Assembly (NCBI GenBank): GCA_016934295.1
Contig: JAFGTD010000011.1
Location: forward strand, 1-61,600
Source of the DNA: Acidobacteriota bacterium
Lineage (GTDB): Bacteria > Acidobacteriota > UBA6911
Direction: 5' to 3'
Length of the DNA stretch: 61,600 bases
The translations under genes and the position numbers were made by a program. Below the pieces are notes generated by a model. That model was not told where the DNA came from. It did not search any database and saw nothing but the letters and a program-made list of their open reading frames with translations. Shown in pieces: positions 29,201 through 38,043 of this stretch (positions are counted from its first letter, which is position 1; every line of letters starts with the position of its first letter).

Positions 29201-31352
29201 CATCAACCCTCTCGAAACCGGGAGCTCCATGGAGAACGGCTGCGGTTCCTAAACTTGACAGTAAATCGCTGTAATTCGAGAAACTGTCATCCAGGGAGGG
29301 CATCTGGTCTTCATCGATGCCAATAAAGGTCAGATCCGTCTGTGAGCTCTCCTGTCGGATGATCTCGAATTCGCTGATGGATGTGTCCCGGTTATGGATT
29401 ATTTTTATATCCATATCCATGCGGTAATCTTCGAGAATCCGGGCCAGGGAGCGGTGGATCTGTTCTTTGCGTGAACGGTCGTAATTAATGACCAGCAGCC
29501 GTAAGGATGCTTTATTCCAGTAATTGGAGGTAGTTAAATGACGCAGAAGAACGAGCGAGAAGGCGAGATTTGTTCCTGTGCCGCTCCACCAAAGGTCGAT
29601 GGTATCTCCCTTCCCGAATTTTCTCTCGGCATTGTGACTCAGGAGTACAATATTGAATCCGCTCCGATCGTAGGATGCAAGCAGGCGACTGAATGCGGAT
29701 CGGTTTTCAGGCTTGCTGCTCCATCCCATTAGGATTGTGTTGGGTTCGATCCCGTAGAAACCGTAAAGCTTTGATACTTCCTCCATTCCCTTGTAGAAGT
29801 CGCTACATTGATACCGGAAGGAGAAAGCGCTCGGGGTATCGGCGTCATCGTATAAGGGATCGCTTTCAATCCTGCGGAGTCCCTGTTCGGGTGTTTTGAC
29901 CAGCTCAAAGCTGGAAAGAATTCCGAGGCGGCCTGAAATTGCCTTGCCGAATTCAACAAGATGACTTCGCTGTTGTTTGTTGCCGCTGTACATGATGATA
30001 TTCGGACGCCAGTTGGACTCCTGGATTTTTTCGAGACCCAGGCGGGTGATGCCCGCCTTTACGATCGTGGCCCACACGCCGTTCCATGCGTCGCCCGACT
30101 CCAGAGTCAGTTCTTTCCGCTTCAGGTATAAAAACAGCAGCCCGAGGATCAGTGTGGATGCCAGGAAAGCCATCAGATCCAGTTGAATCATGACTAGGAT
30201 GCATGCAGTCGCTCCAAGAAAACTGATCCATGCCGGGGTTTTGAACTCGGGACGAAAATCGGAACTGGTCCAGGTTTCGAAAGCGGCACTCAGATTGATA
30301 AATCCGTAGGTCATTATGAAGAATATCGATACGATCCTGGCGATCACATTGAGTTCACCGATCAGGATGCCTCCTTCGGCGATGACAAACGTGAGCAACA
30401 GGGCGTTTCGGGGTTCCTGAAGTTTTCCTGAGGATTTTGCAAAGAACTTCGGTACGATATTGTCCTGGGAGGTTGCCTGGAGGATGCGCGGAGCGCCGAG
30501 AATACTGCCCAGAGCTGAAGAAAGCGTAGCCCCCCAGATCCCGGCAATTACAAGTTCCGGGGAAAGTGAGATTTTCAGAAGTATTCCAGGATCCTCGGCA
30601 AGAAGTTTGGGATCCACGGTATAGGAGAAAAATACCGCCATTCCTATGTAAACGACAAAACCCACGGTGATTGCCGTAATTGCCCCTATGGGAATCGATT
30701 TTTTGGGATTGCGCAGATCGCCGGACATGGAAACTCCCGCTTCAAATCCGGTGACCGCCGGGAAAAAGATTCCGAAAAGAACCATCAGGGGAACTGTTCC
30801 GGCGGGATTTTCCAGGAAAGGGCGGGCGGGCGCGAATTCATGGCTGCCGAAAAAGACCGATATCAGGGACAGGCCGATGGCGGCCATGATGAAGTACTGT
30901 GTTTTGATTGCAAGGGAAGTGCTTATCAGGGTGACCGTTGTTACTACCAGCAAAATGATTGTTCCCGCCAATCGAATCGAATTCCTGGTTGCTTCGATCT
31001 CCCAATATCCCAGAAAACTCTCGGCGAAACCTATGAGGTAGAGGCTGACGCTGAATGACAGCCCGACAAACAGGGCGATGCCCAGGGTTCCTCCGAGCGG
31101 GAGGCCCAGGGACCGGGAGATCATGTAATAAGTCCCTCCACCCTGCACGCGTTTGTCGGTGGCGATGGAAGAGACACTGAGGCCGGTAGTAACGGAAATG
31201 ACATGGGCGACAATTATTATGCCGATTGTCGGGATGAGACCGGCCTGTCCGATGATGGACGGAAGCCTCATATACATGATCACGCCGAGGATGGTCAGGA
31301 TCGAGGGAGTGAACACGCCGCTGAATGTGCCGAACTTTCTGGTGTCTGCCAT
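26289..31352 (-). CDS. SLC12/CCC-like transporter fused to a long helical region, a P-loop (STAND-like) NTPase and a winged helix; 1687 aa
   Basis: KFGTFSGVFTPSILTILGVIMY, GGGTYYMISRSLG, FFPAVTGFEAG, NWRPNII; C-terminal Walker A GDRNAGKT, Walker B-like VLVIHDLE, SEGNPG and a wHTH-like end. Confidence 0.85.
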   Translation of the reverse strand: MADTRKFGTFSGVFTPSILTILGVIMYMRLPSIIGQAGLIPTIGIIIVAHVISVTTGLSVSSIATDKRVQGGGTYYMISRSLGLPLGGTLGIALFVGLSFSVSLYLIGFAESFLGYWEIEATRNSIRLAGTIILLVVTTVTLISTSLAIKTQYFIMAAIGLSLISVFFGSHEFAPARPFLENPAGTVPLMVLFGIFFPAVTGFEAGVSMSGDLRNPKKSIPIGAITAITVGFVVYIGMAVFFSYTVDPKLLAEDPGILLKISLSPELVIAGIWGATLSSALGSILGAPRILQATSQDNIVPKFFAKSSGKLQEPRNALLLTFVIAEGGILIGELNVIARIVSIFFIMTYGFINLSAAFETWTSSDFRPEFKTPAWISFLGATACILVMIQLDLMAFLASTLILGLLFLYLKRKELTLESGDAWNGVWATIVKAGITRLGLEKIQESNWRPNIIMYSGNKQQRSHLVEFGKAISGRLGILSSFELVKTPEQGLRRIESDPLYDDADTPSAFSFRYQCSDFYKGMEEVSKLYGFYGIEPNTILMGWSSKPENRSAFSRLLASYDRSGFNIVLLSHNAERKFGKGDTIDLWWSGTGTNLAFSLVLLRHLTTSNYWNKASLRLLVINYDRSRKEQIHRSLARILEDYRMDMDIKIIHNRDTSISEFEIIRQESSQTDLTFIGIDEDQMPSLDDSFSNYSDLLSSLGTAAVLHGAPGFERVDAGVVRAPHKPKDSEATPEMPVALSEIPALQDPVLAGDIQKIQISGSRVLNRFYEKAIHPCFTDNIENIENFRRTIESVCTSLGKALEYKDAYRYEKTLLKIKNDYAFSCSRLFEQIQEKLASKHNESLASGIGWYVDWFDKYYLKLPRRLRVQYAENKFVPDKTDSVYGRLIKLWKRTAFTISGHPVSQTISYRKIARYYLYDTRQLFLVDYLKELQEYQIAHLNYLKSLFFSLLDSIVSLENKFPSAEGDILRLQEDLASRIDDCAKELNQSAESFRDRLQIEFREDIIAMAGSLQKTPYRRFRPPRPRSKKFYSTLAIENRKFTDRWCVFMERVTNKIRLDIQIAAIRCRTEDKAEDLLRRILQQVDLKITHAVRNLLTNLDSMLKGETAATDNLRCEIDTTVDIEEGIEELRDYVLELARSLPETQLVGDDKEETEIPAIRLVDRILESRMISPLQEFLISGNELLGNLGFRIKDLVNLTRFSFQNMDVGAPDGRKTVEGILRDNIQSLRMEEEAVDNFKSSLREEMRQLLSDAFEPLAPEKIEKSSGEMAEILREYAGQKVLTTFGNLWNTGIRSLERYVIRILYSKSEGLLFARKLKNRGKANSGNASVLDLVRSITPESKVMQALPRFYTNLFSSRSSIGTEFFIERDEDETRMKQAVDHYKNGYKGGILVLGDRNAGKTTFCKYITGKLFPKNNVIHIFAPNEGSMHVEDLARIVEQAAGYHGTLREIASALPHETVLVIHDLELWFEQHRDGTQVIRTIGEMMDDFSDRILFIVNTNPHSFALINSLEPIHQKFISTVRLSPFSTEELKDMILRRHRSSGLQFRWNGRDEKSLSELRTASLFDSHFTHSEGNPGMALNAWLHNIQRLSGNTVEISTPETPNLTTLRQLDDDRLVLLSAFALHKRLTIEQLGRITGLEEPVLESMIRTLQRCGLIKERGRGVLVINMFLEPFIIKVLSEKQIL

Positions 31353-31373
31353 ATAAGAATTAAATATGGAATC

Positions 31374-31450
31374 TGGTCGGGGCGCCCGGATTTGAACCGG
31401 GGACTTCCTGCTCCCAAAGCAGGCGCGCTACCAGACTGCGCCACGCCCCG
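31374..31450 (-). tRNA. tRNA-Pro (anticodon TGG)
   Basis: CGGGGCGTGGCGCAGTCTGGTAGCGCG-CCTGC-TTTGGGA-GCAGG...GGTTCAAATCC..CGCCCCGACCA; 77 nt with encoded CCA. Confidence 0.97.
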
Positions 31451-31564
31451 ACATAATTAAGAGTTGCGTCATTGTAACGTAATTCAGTTCGGCTCGCCAG
31501 CCCGCATTTTTCAATTGCAGGAGCGAACCTTTGTGTATGCCTGTAAATTTTAACCGGGTAGCGA

Positions 31565-32167
31565 TTACGGTTGTTTCAGTTGAGCAACCAGATTACGGAT
31601 CGCCCTGGAACGATGGCTGTGTTCGTTTTTTTCCTCCCGGGTTAATTCTGCGAAAGTCTTGCCCAGCTTGGGGAACAGAAATACAGGATCGTATCCGAAT
31701 CCGTTTGTTCCTCGCGGGGCTCCGGCTATAATCCCCCGGCACTCCCCGTCGGTTTCCAGAAGCAGCGTGCCTTCCCGGGCTAATGCCAGGGCGCAGAAAA
31801 AACGCGCATTCCGGTTCCCGCCCGCGCTTTCGAGTTCCTCGAGCAGCTTTCGGTTGCGGTCTTCGTCCGATGCATCGGGGTCGGCATAGCGGGCGGAATA
31901 TATGCCGGGCCTGCCTCCCAAAGCTTTGACCTCCAGTCCGGAATCGTCGGCCAGTACAGGGAAACGGGTCAACCGGGAATAGGCCAGCGCCTTAATGCGG
32001 GCGTTTTCCGCAAAGGTGGCGCCCGATTCTTCAATGTCGCGATCGATGCCGGCATCCCGCAGGCTCATCACCCGATTTTTCAACGGCGCGAGCAGTGTCT
32101 TGAATTCATTGAGTTTGCCGCTGTTGCGGGTTGCAATTACAATCGTCTGAAAATTTTTTACAGTCAT
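31565..32167 (-). CDS. rdgB: RdgB/HAM1 non-canonical purine NTP pyrophosphatase
   Basis: ATRNSGKLNE, ADDSGL, GFGYDPVF and SHRSRA motifs. Confidence 0.96.
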   Translation of the reverse strand: MTVKNFQTIVIATRNSGKLNEFKTLLAPLKNRVMSLRDAGIDRDIEESGATFAENARIKALAYSRLTRFPVLADDSGLEVKALGGRPGIYSARYADPDASDEDRNRKLLEELESAGGNRNARFFCALALAREGTLLLETDGECRGIIAGAPRGTNGFGYDPVFLFPKLGKTFAELTREEKNEHSHRSRAIRNLVAQLKQP

Positions 32168-32210
32168 AATCAGTACCAATGGGGAAATTCCAGCCTGTCA
32201 CCATTGGTCC

Positions 32211-32966
32211 CTATTCTTTGATCAGGGGGAAGAGTGTCTGAAGGTCGGTACGGGATGCAAGAACCGATTTCTGCATCTCGATGAGCTGTTGAATGCCTGC
32301 GGCCGCCAGCTGCTGCAGTTCATTGAGTTGTTCGGAAGAGAATGGGATCTTCTCGGCCGTTCCCTGCAGCTCGACATAGCGACCCTGGCCGGTCATAACG
32401 CAATTCATGTCCACATCGGCGCCGGAATCTTCCTGGTAATCGAGATCCAGGCAGGCATGGCCGTCGATGATCCCGACGCTTGTGGCTGCGACATAATCGA
32501 TCATGGGAGAAACCGGGAGCAGTTTCCGGTCCATCAGTTTTACGATTGCCATGGCCAGGGCAAGGAATCCTCCGGTGATCGAAGCAGTGCGCGTCCCCCC
32601 GTCGGCCTGGAGAACATCGCAGTCGATGAGGAATGTTCGTGTGCCCAAAAGCGAGAGATTGACCACGGAGCGCAATGAACGCCCGATAAGACGCTGAATC
32701 TCGACGGTGCGGCCGGACTGTTTGCCTCGGGACGCTTCCCGAGCCGTTCTTGTCGAAGTAGAGCCGGGGAGCATGCCGTATTCAGCCGTGATCCATCCCT
32801 GGTTCCTGTTGTAGAGAAACGGGGGGACCCTGTCTTCGACGGAGCAGGTACACAGTACCCTTGTATCTCCGACGGTTATGTGAACCGAGCCTGCTGCATG
32901 TTTCGTGTAATCCGGCTCCAGTTGTACTTCCCGCATTGCGTTATGGTTGCGGCCGCTGGGTCTCAT
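32211..32966 (-). CDS. rph: Ribonuclease PH
   Basis: [46 protein letters not shown]; GAGGAG RBS. Confidence 0.97.
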   Translation of the reverse strand: MRPSGRNHNAMREVQLEPDYTKHAAGSVHITVGDTRVLCTCSVEDRVPPFLYNRNQGWITAEYGMLPGSTSTRTAREASRGKQSGRTVEIQRLIGRSLRSVVNLSLLGTRTFLIDCDVLQADGGTRTASITGGFLALAMAIVKLMDRKLLPVSPMIDYVAATSVGIIDGHACLDLDYQEDSGADVDMNCVMTGQGRYVELQGTAEKIPFSSEQLNELQQLAAAGIQQLIEMQKSVLASRTDLQTLFPLIKE

Positions 32967-33103
32967 CGACACTCCTCTCTGTTTCTTCAAATATAGAATC
33001 CATATTCTACCAGCGATATCGATTGAATGGAAATCCCCGGCTTCGTTTCATATAAATTCTATCCCGGTTGAATTTGCCGCCTGATTCCAATAGCATAGAT
33101 ACC

Positions 33104-33874
33104 ATGAGATACAGCATGATGTTCGGAGGCCCCGCTACCTGGGCGGTTAAAAAGATTATTATTGTCAATGTAGCTGTATTTGCCCTGCAGAAACTTTCAG
33201 TCCTCTTTAATGCCGGTATTGTCAAAATCTATTACGGACAGTATCCGGTGAAGGTCCCTATTCTCGAGTACTTCTTTGGATTAAATCCCGATCTGGTTAC
33301 CCACAAGTTCATGATATGGCAGTTGGCAAGCTATATGTTCCTGCATGGAGGCATTTTTCATATTTTGATAAATATGTTTATGCTCTATATGTTCGGAAAC
33401 GAACTGGAGCGGCTTTGGGGAACCAGGCGGTTCATACAATACTATTTTATCACCGGCATCGGTGCCGGCATCTGTTCCTGGATTGTTGGAATAAATGATC
33501 CCGCGATAACCATTGGTGCATCGGGTGCCATATACGGCATTCTTTTAGCCTATGGGGTCACTTACCCCAACAGAGTTGTTTACCTGAATTTTTTGTTTCC
33601 CATTAAAGTAAAGTGGATGGTGCTGATTTTGGGCGCGATAGCATTCTATTCCGCACTCCCGGGATCCAATTCCGGCGTTGCCCACGTCGCTCATCTTGGA
33701 GGCATGCTGGTAGGCTATATATATCTCAGAGGATCAGGCTGGCGCAACCTGTACAGGCAATACGAAACACAGAAACAGCACGAGAAGCTGAAGCGGCAGT
33801 TTGAAGTCTACTACGGGGATGTCCGGCGCAAGATCGAAGAAGATAAAAAGAAAAAAGGCCCCACAATTCACTAA
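33104..33874 (+). CDS. Rhomboid family intramembrane serine protease
   Basis: WQLASYMFLHG..HILINM, catalytic GASGA and AHLGG. Confidence 0.92.
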   Translation: MRYSMMFGGPATWAVKKIIIVNVAVFALQKLSVLFNAGIVKIYYGQYPVKVPILEYFFGLNPDLVTHKFMIWQLASYMFLHGGIFHILINMFMLYMFGNELERLWGTRRFIQYYFITGIGAGICSWIVGINDPAITIGASGAIYGILLAYGVTYPNRVVYLNFLFPIKVKWMVLILGAIAFYSALPGSNSGVAHVAHLGGMLVGYIYLRGSGWRNLYRQYETQKQHEKLKRQFEVYYGDVRRKIEEDKKKKGPTIH

Positions 33875-34121
33875 AAACTCGTTCCCGGTTCACTGCTTTC
33901 TTCAAGAGTAGGTCAGGCTAAGTCCTTAACGGGGAATGTTATACTCTTTATTCTCCTCTGCAAGACCTGCGGAGCCTTTTAAAACGACCTGGAGCCGTGG
34001 ATTTAGCCGGGATTAAATACTAAGTAACAACCCCGATAACCTGCGTAATGTATATCAAAATAGTGACTGATTAAGATTGAATTTTTGTATGGTCCACAAC
34101 AAGGGAGGGACGGTATCGATT

Positions 34122-34574
34122 ATGAAGAAAATAATTGTAGTGCTGGGAGTCATTGTTCTTTTGGGACTGTGTGCTTCCGTTTTTGCCGCCAATGTGGATG
34201 GCACGTGGGAGTCCGAACAGCCCGGGAGGGATGGGCAAACGAGGAAAACCACGTATGAATTCCAGTCAAGCGGATCGGAATTAACGGGGAAAATTATCAG
34301 TTCTAGAGGGGAAACTCCCATAAGCGAAGGCAAAATCGAGGGCGACAACATCTCTTTTGTCGTCGTACGCAGCTTCGGCGAGAATGAGATGAAGCAGATT
34401 TATAAAGGTAAAGTCGCCGGAGATGAAATTACGTTCACCATGGAAATGGATTTTGGCGGTATGGGCGGACCTCCCGGCGGTGGTATGGGCGGCCCTCCCG
34501 GCGGCGGCGCGGGCGGCCCCGGTGGCGGTGGACCTCCCGGCCCCCGGGAAGTTATCGCCAAGAGAGTGAAATAG
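34122..34574 (+). CDS. Secreted small beta-barrel-like hypothetical protein with a Gly/Pro-rich insert
   Basis: GGGAGGGA RBS, signal peptide ending VFA-A, NVDGTW start of the mature chain, GGMGGPP repeats. Confidence 0.75.
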   Translation: MKKIIVVLGVIVLLGLCASVFAANVDGTWESEQPGRDGQTRKTTYEFQSSGSELTGKIISSRGETPISEGKIEGDNISFVVVRSFGENEMKQIYKGKVAGDEITFTMEMDFGGMGGPPGGGMGGPPGGGAGGPGGGGPPGPREVIAKRVK

Positions 34575-34580
34575 CAAGCG

Positions 34581-34650
34581 CACCGTAGATATGCAGAGTT
34601 CGCAGAGAGGATAGGCGAAAGAATGCCCATGTCCCTCTGCGTTCTCGGTG
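34581..34650. repeat. Imperfect inverted repeat of the CGCAGAG / CTCTGCG type, followed by a T-rich tract
   Basis: CACCG..GCAGAGTTCGCAGAG ... CTCTGCGTTCTCGGTG-TTTTT. Confidence 0.5.
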
Positions 34651-34721
34651 TTTTTGTTTGTTCAGTCGAAAATAATATAGGCAGCTCCCCCCACTGAAGC
34701 AGTTATGATTGGAGCGATACC

Positions 34722-35429
34722 GTGAAAAAACTGGCTGCAGTTTTAACTCTTATCTCGATTGTGTGGATCGCGGGTATCTGGATCAGCTGTGCGGAAGAAC
34801 CAGCTGCGGGCGACCCTGAAGCCATCGATGCCAAGGTCCGGCAATTCATGCAGAATCATCGCGGAAGCTGGTACGATATGAATGTTCCCGAGGCGGACGG
34901 TCGTGCCCTGCACGATATCATTCTTGAAAAAGAATATAAGGATGCCTTGGAAATAGGCACTTCCACCGGTTACTCGACGATATGGATCGCCTGGGCGCTT
35001 TCGAAGACCGGCGGGAAAGTGATTACCGTGGAGATCGATAAATATCGCTACGAGCAGGCTCTGGCGCACTTCCGTGAAGCAGGTCTGGAGAAGTACATCG
35101 ACGCCAGGCTCGGCGACGCGCATGAGATTGTCCCCGCCCTGGAAGGCCCTTTCGATTTCGTTTTCTGCGATGCCGACAAGGACTGGTATAACAATTATCT
35201 TTCCGCAACCATAGATAAGCTCAAAGTCGGCGGATGCTTTGCCGCGCATAATGTATCCGACGGGTCTCAATGGGGATTCGGGGGACGTGGCGGAAGGCGC
35301 GGCGGGTTCGGCGGCAGGGGGAGCGGTTTCTTTGAATTCGCCAAAGGCTTTTCCAACCTGGATACCTCGATACTGGATGTCAGTGGGTCGGCCGGAATGT
35401 CGGTCAGCTACAAGAAAGCGGAGAAATAA
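34722..35429 (+). CDS. SAM-dependent O-methyltransferase (COMT/CCoAOMT-like) with an N-terminal export signal
   Basis: LEIGTSTGYST, ITVEID, FDFVFCDADK and AHNV; hydrophobic N-terminus. Confidence 0.88.
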   Translation: MKKLAAVLTLISIVWIAGIWISCAEEPAAGDPEAIDAKVRQFMQNHRGSWYDMNVPEADGRALHDIILEKEYKDALEIGTSTGYSTIWIAWALSKTGGKVITVEIDKYRYEQALAHFREAGLEKYIDARLGDAHEIVPALEGPFDFVFCDADKDWYNNYLSATIDKLKVGGCFAAHNVSDGSQWGFGGRGGRRGGFGGRGSGFFEFAKGFSNLDTSILDVSGSAGMSVSYKKAEK

Positions 35430-35456
35430 TCAGAAAGTGATTTGGGGGACGGAAAA

Positions 35457-35546
35457 ATGTAGGGGCGAACCTTGTGTTCGCCCTTTGGCGACAAGCAAGG
35501 TTGTCTGGAGATATGAAAAGGGCGAACACAAGGTTCGCCCCTACAT
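35457..35546. repeat. GTAG-type REP doublet (REPIN-like): perfect 30-bp inverted repeat with 30-bp spacer
   Basis: ATGTAGGGGCGAACCTTGTGTTCGCCCTTT ... AAAGGGCGAACACAAGGTTCGCCCCTACAT; each arm has an internal GGGCGAAC/GTTCGCCC palindrome. Confidence 0.85.
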
Positions 35547-35549
35547 CTA

Positions 35550-36710
35550 TTATTCGGCCAGGCGCCGCTTGAAAGCCGGTTCATCCAGGCTGTCTTTGAC
35601 TGAAGCGAGTTGGTAATCGATAGGCCGGGTGGATTCCGAAGAACCGAGCGGCACAACATTACCTACAATACGCGCTTTTTCCCTGGGACTGACCCCATCG
35701 GCGTTTTCATACCCGGTCTTATTGAATCCTGTCGCAATCACCGTCACTTTTAGACTGTCCCCCATTTTTTCGTCGTAGACGGCGCCGAAAATCGTGTTTT
35801 CGCCGCCCGCCACCTCTTCGATAATTTTTGCGGCTGAGTAGACTTCCTGCAGCCGGAGACTTTCCCGGGTCGCCGTGATATTTATCAAAACGCCCATGGC
35901 ATCGCGAATGGAGGTTTCTTCCAGCAGCGGGCTGGATATTGCCCTCTGGGCGGCTTCAACGGCGCGGTTTTCCCCCTCGGCGAGTCCCGTTCCCATCAGT
36001 GCAAGACCTTTGCCGGACATGATGGTTTTTACGTCCGCGAAGTCGACATTTACGATTCCGGGAAGAGTGATAATGTCGGAGATTCCCTGAACCGCCTGGC
36101 AGAGAACATCGTCGGCATAGCGGAAGGAGTCCTCCAGAAGGGCATCCGCTCCCATAGCGGCGAGCAGTTTTTCATTCGGGATCGTGATCAGGGTGTCCAC
36201 AACCTCTTTGAGTTCCCTGAGTCCCTCCTCGGCATGCATCGTTCTTTTTTTCCCTTCGAAAACGAAAGGCTTGGTGACGACCCCGACGGTGAGAGCTCCC
36301 AGCTCGGTCGCCAGGCTGGCCACGATCGGGGCGGCGCCGGTTCCGGTACCGCCTCCCATGCCTGCAGTGATGAAAACCATGTCCGAACCGTCGAGCAGCT
36401 CGATGATCCGTTCGGTATCCTCCAGCGCCGCCTGCCTGCCCCTTTCGGGGATGGCGCCGCAACCGAGACCGTTTGTAAGTTTCGACCCGATCTGCAGTTT
36501 GTAGGCAGCGATGGAGTTGCGAAGTGCCTGGATATCCGTATTGGCGGCAATGAACTCCACCCCGCCGATTTTAGCCTGGATCATCCGGTTGACCGCGTTG
36601 CCCCCGGCTCCGCCGATTCCGATTACTTTAATTTTCGCTCCCTGCTGCCTGTCCTCGTCGAATCCGAATGTTAACGATTCCTCTTCGAACTGAAGCTTTT
36701 CTGTCTGCAT
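35550..36710 (-). CDS. ftsZ: Cell division protein FtsZ
   Basis: [13 protein letters not shown], tubulin signature GGGTGTG, NVDFAD, C-terminal DEPAFKRR. Confidence 0.98.
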   Translation of the reverse strand: MQTEKLQFEEESLTFGFDEDRQQGAKIKVIGIGGAGGNAVNRMIQAKIGGVEFIAANTDIQALRNSIAAYKLQIGSKLTNGLGCGAIPERGRQAALEDTERIIELLDGSDMVFITAGMGGGTGTGAAPIVASLATELGALTVGVVTKPFVFEGKKRTMHAEEGLRELKEVVDTLITIPNEKLLAAMGADALLEDSFRYADDVLCQAVQGISDIITLPGIVNVDFADVKTIMSGKGLALMGTGLAEGENRAVEAAQRAISSPLLEETSIRDAMGVLINITATRESLRLQEVYSAAKIIEEVAGGENTIFGAVYDEKMGDSLKVTVIATGFNKTGYENADGVSPREKARIVGNVVPLGSSESTRPIDYQLASVKDSLDEPAFKRRLAE

Positions 36711-36725
36711 TGAACCCTCCTAAAC

Positions 36726-37955
36726 CTAATTCCCGACCCATGATAAGATTCTGTTAAAAAACCAATGACTATTGCCGGATTTGTTCGGGCTCTTTTTCGA
36801 AAGCCCCGTTTCTTCCGCTGCGAATTTCGCCAGCCCTATCGCGGTCGCGTAGACCGGATGGGATAGATCGTGCGTCAGTCCCTGCACCCCCAGTGGAACC
36901 CCTTGGCGGACGGGCATTTCCAGGATTTCTTCCGTCAGTTCCCACATGCCGTCCAGCATACTTCCCCCTCCCGTGAGGACGATGCCGGCTATAAGGCGTT
37001 CATTTTCCTTTGCTCTCCATACCTGTTCCTTTACCAGTTCCAGTAGTTCCATCCCCCTGGCTCGAAGGATTTCACACACCAGTTTCCTTGAAACCGGGTG
37101 ATCCGCATGCGTTCCTATCCCGGGCACCCGGGTGGATTCGTCTTCGGCGATCCTGTCCGTCAGGACGGTGCCGTATTCTTTCTTGATGTGCTCGGCATCC
37201 TCCATGGACGTTTGGAGCCCTATGGCAAGATCCCGTGTGAAGTGGGCGCCTCCAACCGGCAAAACAGAGGTGAACTGCACGGCATCCCGCATGAAAACGG
37301 CGATATCGGTGGTTCCTCCGCCGATGTCGATGACAACCGTGCCCAGCTCTCTTTCGTCTCGGGTAAGGACCGCTTCGGCACTGGCCAGTTGTTGCAGGTA
37401 GACTTTTTCCACGCGCATATGAGCCCGATTCACGGCGTTGATAAGGTTTTGATTCAGGGCGCTTTCACAGGTTACGACATGAATATTGACATCGAGCCTC
37501 GAACCGGTCAGACCGACCGGATTCAGAATGCCCCCATGGTCGTCCAGAAAAAATTCCTGAGGCAAAACGTGGATAATCTCGCGATCGGGCGCGATCGATA
37601 CGGATTTGGCCACCTGAATCACCTGCGCCATGTCTTCGGCGGTGACCTCCTGGTTGTTTCCCTCGATTGTTACGGCGCCGTGGGAATTGAAGCTGTCAAA
37701 GTGGTCCCCGGCCGCCCCGACAAAGGCACGCTCCACAGAGATATTGGCGGCCGATTCCGCTTCTTCCGCAGCTTTTTTGATGGATGCGCCGGCCTGTTCG
37801 AGATCGACGACGATCCCTTTTTTCAGACCGCTGGAGTTTGCATAACCGGTACCCAGCAGTTCCAGGCTGCCGTCTGCATGCGCGCGCGCGATCATCATAC
37901 AGATTTTTGTGGTTCCTACATCCAATCCGCATACAATCCTATTTTTCTTTCTCAC
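36726..37955 (-). CDS. ftsA: Cell division protein FtsA
   Basis: GLDVGTTKI, DIGGGTTD and VLTGGGS; position in the dcw cluster. Confidence 0.97.
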   Translation of the reverse strand: MRKKNRIVCGLDVGTTKICMMIARAHADGSLELLGTGYANSSGLKKGIVVDLEQAGASIKKAAEEAESAANISVERAFVGAAGDHFDSFNSHGAVTIEGNNQEVTAEDMAQVIQVAKSVSIAPDREIIHVLPQEFFLDDHGGILNPVGLTGSRLDVNIHVVTCESALNQNLINAVNRAHMRVEKVYLQQLASAEAVLTRDERELGTVVIDIGGGTTDIAVFMRDAVQFTSVLPVGGAHFTRDLAIGLQTSMEDAEHIKKEYGTVLTDRIAEDESTRVPGIGTHADHPVSRKLVCEILRARGMELLELVKEQVWRAKENERLIAGIVLTGGGSMLDGMWELTEEILEMPVRQGVPLGVQGLTHDLSHPVYATAIGLAKFAAEETGLSKKSPNKSGNSHWFFNRILSWVGN

Positions 37956-38043
37956 CGATGACTCCTGGCCCGCACCCGCACCATAGTTGCGTTCGTTTTT
38001 ACGGGCGGGAAGTGCGGACTAAATCGTTGCATCTGTTCGTGCC

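Noticed and set aside
6200-31373. Prophage or integrative element at tRNA-Pro
   Set aside because: No integrase, transposase, phage genes or att duplication recognised; only island-like gene content.
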